Shown: positions 57,088 to 64,000 of the stretch, piece after piece
Layout: each line of letters begins with the position of its first letter
Position numbering within the stretch: the stretch's first letter is position 1
Origin: Acidobacteriaceae bacterium
GTDB lineage: Bacteria; Acidobacteriota; Terriglobia; Terriglobales; Acidobacteriaceae
Reading direction: 5' to 3'
Length of the DNA: 64,000 bases
NCBI GenBank assembly: GCA_035656855.1
Contig: DASRRO010000219.1
Coordinates: 4,340 to 68,339 of the forward strand
Notes under the pieces: model-generated
Told to the model about the DNA's origin: nothing
Database searches by the model: none
The model's input: only the letters and a program-made list of their open reading frames with translations
Program-made: the position numbers and the translations under genes

Positions 57088-57228
57088 TGGGAGTATTAAA
57101 GCAGCCTCCGGCAGGTTCGTCTCTGCAGCGAGCGATAACAGAAGGGCAGCGCAGACCGCGGGCCTGGCAGGAAAGAAGCCCGGGAACCGGCGCGTTCCCT
57201 ATCGTACGATGGGATTTGTAGCTATTCG

Positions 57229-60200
57229 ATGATGAAACAGGTTTTCTACGACCCGCGGCAACGGCGCCGGAAGTTCCTCCGGCGGGCGACTGACCTGTCC
57301 GTCATTGGACTGACGGTGGTGCTGGTGGTGTTTGGTTTCAGCGTGCTCTCCCGGCAGACCTTGCCGGAGCTGCTGCTGCCCATACAGAAGCGCAACTACA
57401 AGGCTCTGAAGGAACGGCAGCCGGAACTGGCCCGCAAGTTAGCGGCCCGGCCGCCTCGCCGCAGGACGCGCCGCCATCCGGTGGACATTGTTCTGAACCA
57501 GGATGAGGGGCTGCGGGCGGCCTTCTACGAGAACGACGAGCAGGATTATTCCTCGCTGAAGGCCCACATCCACCAAATCGACATGCTGTTTCCTGACTGG
57601 CTGCACGTGGTTGCACCGGACGGGAACCTGGTGGCTTCCACCTCGTTGTTTCCGGTGCACCTTTATAGCGTCGTCGATGCGGCCGGCGTGCACGGCGTGG
57701 ATCCCCAAAACAGAGTGAAGAATGTGATCGACGCAGCAAAGGAGGACACCGACGTCTTCCCCATGCTGAACGACTACAACACCCTGACCGGGGAGTGGAA
57801 TGGGGAAGTCATCGGCAAGATGCTGCGGGATCCGGCTGCCCGCGAGCGGCTGCACCTGCAGCTGGACAAATTTCTGAATGCCAACCCCTCCTATCGCGGC
57901 ATTTGCCTGGACTTTGAGCAGGTTCCGGATCAGGACGAAAAGCTGTACGCCGAGTGGGTCGGCGAGCTGCAGCATGACCTTAGCTCTAAGAAGTTAAAGG
58001 TTTACGTGAATGTGCAGGCGTCGGCCGATGATGCGTTTCTCGCCCTGATGGCCCGCGACAGCGACGGCATCATCCTGATGAATTACGACGAGCACGAGGA
58101 GACCAGCGATCCCGGGCCGGTGGCCAGCGAGCCGTGGTTTGAAGCGAATCTGACCCGCGTGCTGAAGCTGGTGCCGAAGCAGAAACTCATCTGCGGCATC
58201 GGCAACTACGGCTTCGACTGGGCGACGCCGCTGCCGGAGAAGGGAAAGAAGCCTTCGAACAAGGTCGTCGATGTGGACGATCTGACCGTGCAGGATGCCT
58301 GGCAGCTGGCCGCCGACGCCGGCGCCAATGTCCATCTGGAAGGCGACGAGCTGAACCCGCACTTCGCCTACGACGATGAGGATGCGCATCTGCGCCACCA
58401 GGTCTGGTTTCTCGACGGGGTGACGGCGCTGAACGAATTGCGTGCCGGAAGGCAGATGGGTCTGCGGACGTTTGCTCTGTGGCGGCTGGGCGAAGAGGAT
58501 CCGTCATTGTGGCAGATCTGGGACCGTCCCAGCGCCAAGGATGCCCCCGAACAGCTGCGCACCGTGCCCCCGGGCGAAAACGTGGACGTGGAAGGCGAGG
58601 GAGACATTCTGCGTATCGTGGCGCCGCCCCAGACCGGCGAGCGGACGATCCAGATGGACGCGGACAACTTCACAATCATCGACGAGGGCATGACCCGCCT
58701 GCCGCACTCGTACATGATCCAGCAGTACGGGTACGACCCGCACAAGCTGGCGCTCACCTTCGATGACGGGCCGGACCCGGTGTGGACGCCGCAGATCCTG
58801 GACATTCTGAAGCAGTACCACGTCCATGCATCCTTCATGGTCATCGGCGAAGAAGCGCAGAACAATATCGGTCTGCTCAAGCGCTACGTGCGCGAGGGGC
58901 ATGAGATCGCCAATCACACGTACACGCATCCCGACATCAGCGACATTCCGCCCTTCGAGCTGCAGGAGGAACTGAACTGGACGGAGCGGCTGTTTGCCGC
59001 CGAGCTCGGGGTGCAGCCGCTCTATTTCCGGCCGCCTTATTCGATCGACCAGGAGCCGGACACCAATGATGAGGCTGCGCCGGCTTACCGCATCCAGCAG
59101 CTGGGCTACACCATCATCGGCGACAAGATCGATACCGACGACTGGAACGAGCACCCAAGGAAATCGCCGCAGGAAATCACCGACAGTGTGCTGCAGCAGA
59201 TCGACGAGATGAAGTCGCGCCCATGGATGAGGGGCAGCATCATCCTGATGCACGACGGAGGCGGGAACCGCTCCGCCACGGTGGCGGCTCTGCCGCTGCT
59301 GATTACCAGGCTGCGGGCGAAGGGTTACCAGTTCGTGCAGGTCTCCGATCTGATGGGGAAGACCAGGGCGGAGGTGATGCCGCCCATTGCGCCCAAAATG
59401 CGCTGGCAGGCGCGCATTGACTCGGTGGCGTTCTTCTTCATGGCGTTCTTCGCGCATTTTGTGATCGACATCTTCTTCATCGGCGATGTGCTGATGAGCG
59501 CGCGCCTGGTGCTCATTGGAATCTTCGCCCTGATCGACCGGCTGCGCAGGCGCCGAGTGCCCCCTGGTGTGTACGAGCCATCCGTCGCCGTGCTGATTCC
59601 GGCCTACAACGAAGAGAAGGTGATCGTGCGGACGATCCGTTCGGTGCTGCACTCGAATTATCCGCGGATCCGGGTCATCGTCATCGACGACGGCTCGCAG
59701 GACGGCACCTTCGACGCAGCGCGGGATGCGTACCCAAAGGAGATCGCCGAGGGGCGGCTGGTGGTGCTGACGAAACCGAACTCCGGCAAGGCCGAGGCCC
59801 TGAACCTCGGCATCGCCCACGTGGATGAGGAGGTATACGTCGGGATCGACGCCGATACCGTGATTGCCACGGACGCCGTGCGCCGCCTGGTGCGCTATTT
59901 TGCCGACAAACGCGTGGGTGCGGTGGCCGGGAACGCGAAGGTCGGCAATCGCATCAATCTGTGGACCCGCTGGCAGGCTCTGGAATACATCACCAGCCAG
60001 AACTTTGAGCGCCGCGCCATGGACCTGTTCAACGTGGTCACGGTGGTACCGGGCGCGATCGGGGCCTGGCGGACCGCGGCGGTGAAGACCGCCGGCGGTT
60101 ATCCCGTGAACACGGTGGCCGAAGACGCCGACCTGACCATGAATCTGCTGGAGCACCGGTACAAGGTGATCTACGACGACCACGCGCTGGCCTTCACTGA

Positions 60201-60732
60201 GGCGCCGGCGACCGCGCGCAGTCTCATGCGGCAGCGCTTCCGCTGGTCGTTCGGCATTCTGCAGGCAGTCTTCAAGCATCGCGCCGCCGCGCGCACCAAT
60301 CGGGCGATGGGTTTCTTTGCACTGCCCAACATTCTCGTCTTTCAGATCCTGCTGCCGCTGGTATCACCCTTTATCGACATCATGTTTGCTGCCGGCGTCA
60401 TTCAATATCTGATCGACCTGCACTACCACCCGGAGACGACAAGCGCGGCCAGCTTCGACAAGCTGGTGGTCTACTTCCTGGCCTTCCTGGTGATCGATTT
60501 CGTCACCTCGGTACTGGCCTTCAGCCTGGAGCCGCGGCACCCCGCCAATAAGGGCGACATCTGGCTGCTGCCCCACATCTGGTTGCAGCGGTTCAGTTAC
60601 CGGCAGCTGTTCTCGATTGTCCTGTTCCGTACACTCAAGCGAGCGGTGGAGGGGCGGCCGTTCAACTGGGAAAAGGTTGAGCGCACAGCACGCATGTCGC
60701 GGCAGACGGAGAAGATTGCCGCCGGGCAGTAG
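57229..60732 (+). CDS. Tri-domain exopolysaccharide enzyme: GH18-like, CE4 deacetylase, processive GT2 synthase
   Basis: N-terminal TM; GH18-like GICLDFE; CE4 motifs TFDDGP, ANHTYTHP, FRPPYS; GT2 motifs IPAYNEE, IDDGSQDGT, GIDADT, QRFRW; C-terminal TM helices. Confidence 0.85.
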   Translation: MMKQVFYDPRQRRRKFLRRATDLSVIGLTVVLVVFGFSVLSRQTLPELLLPIQKRNYKALKERQPELARKLAARPPRRRTRRHPVDIVLNQDEGLRAAFYENDEQDYSSLKAHIHQIDMLFPDWLHVVAPDGNLVASTSLFPVHLYSVVDAAGVHGVDPQNRVKNVIDAAKEDTDVFPMLNDYNTLTGEWNGEVIGKMLRDPAARERLHLQLDKFLNANPSYRGICLDFEQVPDQDEKLYAEWVGELQHDLSSKKLKVYVNVQASADDAFLALMARDSDGIILMNYDEHEETSDPGPVASEPWFEANLTRVLKLVPKQKLICGIGNYGFDWATPLPEKGKKPSNKVVDVDDLTVQDAWQLAADAGANVHLEGDELNPHFAYDDEDAHLRHQVWFLDGVTALNELRAGRQMGLRTFALWRLGEEDPSLWQIWDRPSAKDAPEQLRTVPPGENVDVEGEGDILRIVAPPQTGERTIQMDADNFTIIDEGMTRLPHSYMIQQYGYDPHKLALTFDDGPDPVWTPQILDILKQYHVHASFMVIGEEAQNNIGLLKRYVREGHEIANHTYTHPDISDIPPFELQEELNWTERLFAAELGVQPLYFRPPYSIDQEPDTNDEAAPAYRIQQLGYTIIGDKIDTDDWNEHPRKSPQEITDSVLQQIDEMKSRPWMRGSIILMHDGGGNRSATVAALPLLITRLRAKGYQFVQVSDLMGKTRAEVMPPIAPKMRWQARIDSVAFFFMAFFAHFVIDIFFIGDVLMSARLVLIGIFALIDRLRRRRVPPGVYEPSVAVLIPAYNEEKVIVRTIRSVLHSNYPRIRVIVIDDGSQDGTFDAARDAYPKEIAEGRLVVLTKPNSGKAEALNLGIAHVDEEVYVGIDADTVIATDAVRRLVRYFADKRVGAVAGNAKVGNRINLWTRWQALEYITSQNFERRAMDLFNVVTVVPGAIGAWRTAAVKTAGGYPVNTVAEDADLTMNLLEHRYKVIYDDHALAFTEAPATARSLMRQRFRWSFGILQAVFKHRAAARTNRAMGFFALPNILVFQILLPLVSPFIDIMFAAGVIQYLIDLHYHPETTSAASFDKLVVYFLAFLVIDFVTSVLAFSLEPRHPANKGDIWLLPHIWLQRFSYRQLFSIVLFRTLKRAVEGRPFNWEKVERTARMSRQTEKIAAGQ

Positions 60733-60735
60733 CGA

Positions 60736-61039
60736 TCACTCGCCGAGCAGCCGGTTCACACGCGTGATCAGCCCCTGATCGTCAAAGGGCGCGCGCACCT
60801 TCGCATCGTTATCGAAATAGACATACACGTCGCGTTTCTGCCGTTTTGCGTCGCGGCGGCCCATTTGGTGAAACTCGCGGGCCTCTGCAGGGAATCGAAC
60901 GCGCCGTTGACTTCGACGGTGGGAAAAGACTCGGAGGCGAGTGCGAGTTCTCGCCTGTGGGCGAGCTTTTCCGGATAGAGAACGCCGCGCCACCCCTGGG
61001 GCAGGTCCAGCCGGAGATACCGATGCGCGCGGTGCCGTA
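60736..61039 (-). pseudogene. DUF72-family gene remnant (frameshift plus large internal deletion)
   Basis: RIGISGW in one frame, LPQGWRGVLYPEKL...FPTVEVNGAF..LQRPASFTKW in a second, RDVYVYFDNDAKVRAPFDD...* in a third; about 100 codons versus the ~250 typical of DUF72; no start codon. Confidence 0.55.
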
Positions 61040-61186
61040 GGCGGTCGGGGGAAGGGCAGTCAGGGGAAGATGGAGGGCTGGTGCGGGGGCGGCGGTTGTC
61101 CGGCGACAGTACATCACAGGGTTAATGCGATAAAAGGCCGCTGCCGATAGAATCGAGAGAGCATTTTCTCTCCAATCGGGTGGACT

Positions 61187-62230
61187 TTGACTGCCATTGG
61201 TTCTGCATCGAGTGTACGGGTCGCGACGCAGCCGCTGACCTTTCAGGAATTGCTGCTGCGCCTTCAGAATTTCTGGGCGGAGCGCGGGTGTGTTCTGGCC
61301 CAGCCCTATGACGTGGAGGTGGGCGCGGGCACCATGTCGCCGGATACCTTTCTGCGTGTGCTGGGACCGGATCCGGTAGCGATCGCTTACACCCAGCCCT
61401 CGCGGCGCCCGGCGGACGGGCGCTATGGCGAAAATCCGAACCGTCTCTATAAGCACACCCAGCTGCAGGTGATCCTGAAGCCGCCGCCGGCGGATATTCA
61501 GGACATCTATCTCGACTCCCTGGAAGCGATCGGGATTCGCCTGCGCGAGCACGACATCAAGTTTGAAGAAGACAACTGGGAGTGGCCGGTGGGCGGCGCC
61601 TGGGGCGTGGGCTGGCAGGTGATGCTGGACGGCCTCGAGATCACCCAGTTCACCTACTTCCAGCAGTGCGGCGGCATGGATCTGGATCCGATCTCCGGCG
61701 AAATTACCTATGGCCTGGAGCGGATTGCGGCGTTTCTGCAGGATGTGGATTCGATTTACGACATCGTATGGGCGCGCAACCCGAAGACCGGGCGTGGGGT
61801 GACCTACGGCGACATTCGCCTGCAGGACGAGCTGCAGCTCTCGGTTTACAGCTTTGAAGCGGCGGACATCAGCAAGCTCTGGGAGCATCTGCGGCTGTAT
61901 GAGGCTGAGTGCCAGGCGCTGCTGGATGAATTCCACAAAAGCTTTCGGACCGAGAAAGCGGCGGAGCGGCACGAGAAAATTCACGACCGCGTGGTGCACG
62001 ATGGCGGCAGTCCGCCGCCGGATGAGGACGTGCGCGTCGCGCTGCGGCGCTTTCCCGTGCTGGGCGCCTATGAGCTGTGCCTGAAGTGCTCGCACCTGTT
62101 CAATCTGCTGGACGCACGAGGAGCGATTTCCGTGACCGAGCGCGTGGCCGTGATGGCGCGCATTCGCAACATGGTCGTCGGCGTCGCCAAAGCGTACGCG
62201 GCACAAAAACAGAAAGCGGAGGCCGCGTAG
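61187..62230 (+). CDS. glyQ: Glycine--tRNA ligase alpha subunit
   Basis: [72 protein letters not shown]; TTG start. Confidence 0.95.
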   Translation: MTAIGSASSVRVATQPLTFQELLLRLQNFWAERGCVLAQPYDVEVGAGTMSPDTFLRVLGPDPVAIAYTQPSRRPADGRYGENPNRLYKHTQLQVILKPPPADIQDIYLDSLEAIGIRLREHDIKFEEDNWEWPVGGAWGVGWQVMLDGLEITQFTYFQQCGGMDLDPISGEITYGLERIAAFLQDVDSIYDIVWARNPKTGRGVTYGDIRLQDELQLSVYSFEAADISKLWEHLRLYEAECQALLDEFHKSFRTEKAAERHEKIHDRVVHDGGSPPPDEDVRVALRRFPVLGAYELCLKCSHLFNLLDARGAISVTERVAVMARIRNMVVGVAKAYAAQKQKAEAA

Positions 62231-62234
62231 TCCA

Positions 62235-64000
62235 ATGGCGGACTTACTGTTCGAAGCAGGCATGGAAGAGATTCCGGCGCGCATGATTGCCGCCGCCGAA
62301 GCGGAGCTGACCGAGCGCGTGGTGGAGTTGCTCCGCCGCGAGCGGCTGCTGGCCGAGCCGCACGAGGTCCACAGCTATTCGACCCCGCGCCGGCTGACCG
62401 TGGAAGTCAAGGGCGTGCTGGCGCGGCAGCCGGATGCGACCCGGGAGATGACGGGACCCGCGTGGAGCGTCGCCTTCAAAGACGGACAAGCGACGGCTGC
62501 GGGTCAGGCGTTTGCCCGCAAGGCTGGGGTCGATGTCGCGTCGCTCGAAAAGATCGCCACGCCCAAAGGTGACTATGTCGCCGCAAAGTCGCTGCAGAAA
62601 GGTCGCGGCGCCACAGAAGTGCTGAGCGATATGCTGGCCGCCGAGCTGGCCGCTCTTTACTGGCCGAAAAATATGTACTGGCGTCCGCTCAAGCCCGAAC
62701 GCTTCGTGCGCCCGGTGCGCTGGATGGTGGCGCTGCTCGATCACGCCGTCGTGCCGCTGGAGTTTGGAGGTGTGCAGGCGTCCAATCAGACCTTCGGCCA
62801 CCGCATTCTGCACGGCAACGCTCCGCTGTCCGTCGATCACCCCGATGACTATCTCGGCGTACTGGAGGCCGCGAGCGTTACCGCCGACGTGCAACTGCGG
62901 CGCCATCGCATCCGCAGGGCGCTGGATCTGGAGACGCGCAGCGTGCCGGGTGCGCGCTGGCGCGAAGACGCCGCTCTGGTTGAAACCGTGACCCACCTGA
63001 CCGAGTGGCCGTCGGTCGTGCTGGGAAACTTCGACCGCGAATATCTCGAGCTGCCGGAAGAAGTGCTGGTTACGGTGATGCGCGACCACCAGAAATACTT
63101 TGCCGTGGAGAACGCGCAGGGCAAGCTGGAGCCGTATTTCCTGGCGGTGCTGAACACGCGTCCCGAAGAGAAAGGCATTGACGTCATCCGCCACGGCAAC
63201 GAACGCGTGCTGCGGGCGCGCTTCAACGACGCGCGATTTTTCTGGCGTGTGGATCAGAAAACGCCGCTCGAAGATCGCGTCGAAATGCTGAAGTCGGTCA
63301 CTTTCCACAAACAGCTGGGCAGCTACTGGGACAAGACCCAGGCCAACCTCGCCATTGCCGAGCGTCTCGCTGCTGTGTTGACTGAGCGAGGCGTTGCCGT
63401 CGATGCGGCCGCGTTGCGCCAGGCTGTGCTGCTGGCGAAAACCGACCTGACTACAGAACTGGTGAAGGAGTTCACCGAGCTCCAGGGCATCGTCGGCGGC
63501 TTGTACGCGCGCGCCCAGGGGCTGGGCGAGACGGTCGCGCAGGCCATCTACTGGCAGTACTCGCCGGCCGGCATTGAGGATCCCGTTCCCCCCACCGTCG
63601 AAGGTCAGGTGCTTGGGATCGCCGATCGCATCCAGACCATCGTGGCCATGTTCGGCATCGGCCTCGAGCCAACGGGTTCCAAAGATCCCTTCGCGCTGCG
63701 CCGTGCCGCTAACGCCGTCGTGAAAATCCTGGCCGAGACCGGATTGCCGCTGGTGCGCTCGGACCTGTTCCGCGCTGTACCCGCCGGGGTACCGGCGGAA
63801 ACCCAGGAAAAGCTTGTTGCCTTCTTCCACGAGCGCCTGGAGTTCTGGCTGCGGGAGCTGCGAGGCTTTGCGTACGACGTGGTCAACGCCGTGCTCGCCG
63901 TCCATTCCGACAACATGCGCGATGCCATTGCCCGCGCCGAGGCGCTCACCGCGGTTCGCGGATCGGAAGATCTGGCGGCGATTGCCGCGGCCTTCAAGAG
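62235..64000 (+). CDS. glyS: Glycine--tRNA ligase beta subunit (3' end outside window)
   Basis: MADLLFEAGMEEIPARMI... and YSTPRRLTV motifs; frame stays open to the window end; starts 5 nt after the glyQ stop. Confidence 0.9.
   Translation, partial: MADLLFEAGMEEIPARMIAAAEAELTERVVELLRRERLLAEPHEVHSYSTPRRLTVEVKGVLARQPDATREMTGPAWSVAFKDGQATAAGQAFARKAGVDVASLEKIATPKGDYVAAKSLQKGRGATEVLSDMLAAELAALYWPKNMYWRPLKPERFVRPVRWMVALLDHAVVPLEFGGVQASNQTFGHRILHGNAPLSVDHPDDYLGVLEAASVTADVQLRRHRIRRALDLETRSVPGARWREDAALVETVTHLTEWPSVVLGNFDREYLELPEEVLVTVMRDHQKYFAVENAQGKLEPYFLAVLNTRPEEKGIDVIRHGNERVLRARFNDARFFWRVDQKTPLEDRVEMLKSVTFHKQLGSYWDKTQANLAIAERLAAVLTERGVAVDAAALRQAVLLAKTDLTTELVKEFTELQGIVGGLYARAQGLGETVAQAIYWQYSPAGIEDPVPPTVEGQVLGIADRIQTIVAMFGIGLEPTGSKDPFALRRAANAVVKILAETGLPLVRSDLFRAVPAGVPAETQEKLVAFFHERLEFWLRELRGFAYDVVNAVLAVHSDNMRDAIARAEALTAVRGSEDLAAIAAAFK

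Noticed and set aside
58504-63905. Long minus-strand ORFs 58504-60279, 60809-62284 and 62244-63905
   Set aside because: They are antisense to the tri-domain synthase, glyQ and glyS. They have no recognisable motifs except the short DUF72 remnant at the 3' end of the second ORF.

Overview
High-GC, gene-dense chromosomal segment. The gene content (CarboxypepD_reg-type TonB-dependent receptor, PadR-linked membrane protein, FG-GAP and Big_2 surface proteins) suggests Acidobacteriota, but that is an inference. Housekeeping genes include groES-groEL with a CIRCE operator, purU, purQ, ribBA, trmFO, glyQ-glyS, NAD-malic enzyme, a UbiD-family decarboxylase and tRNA-Gly(CCC). There are two efflux systems: an ABC ATPase, ABC-2 permease and NodT outer-membrane factor at 1-3282, and a TolC-MFP-RND operon at 42118-47916. 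Envelope and exopolysaccharide genes include a GH18-like/CE4/GT2 tri-domain synthase, a GT39 enzyme and a PHP Tyr-phosphatase. Two PIN-type toxin-antitoxin loci are present, one in a low-GC islet with an atypical 171-aa antitoxin. I saw no CRISPR array, transposase, integrase or phage genes. Many long ORFs in the supplied track are high-GC antisense artefacts. The most unusual signals are non-coding. (1) Seven heptad-periodic G-rich tandem arrays sit at gene junctions. (2) A colinear four-block module of about 110 nt, with a perfect GGTAATACC/GGTATTACC inverted repeat, lies upstream of two unrelated genes, and a permuted third copy exists. (3) Two paralogous orphan terminators may mark small RNAs. 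All functional calls rest on motifs read by eye, with no database search.
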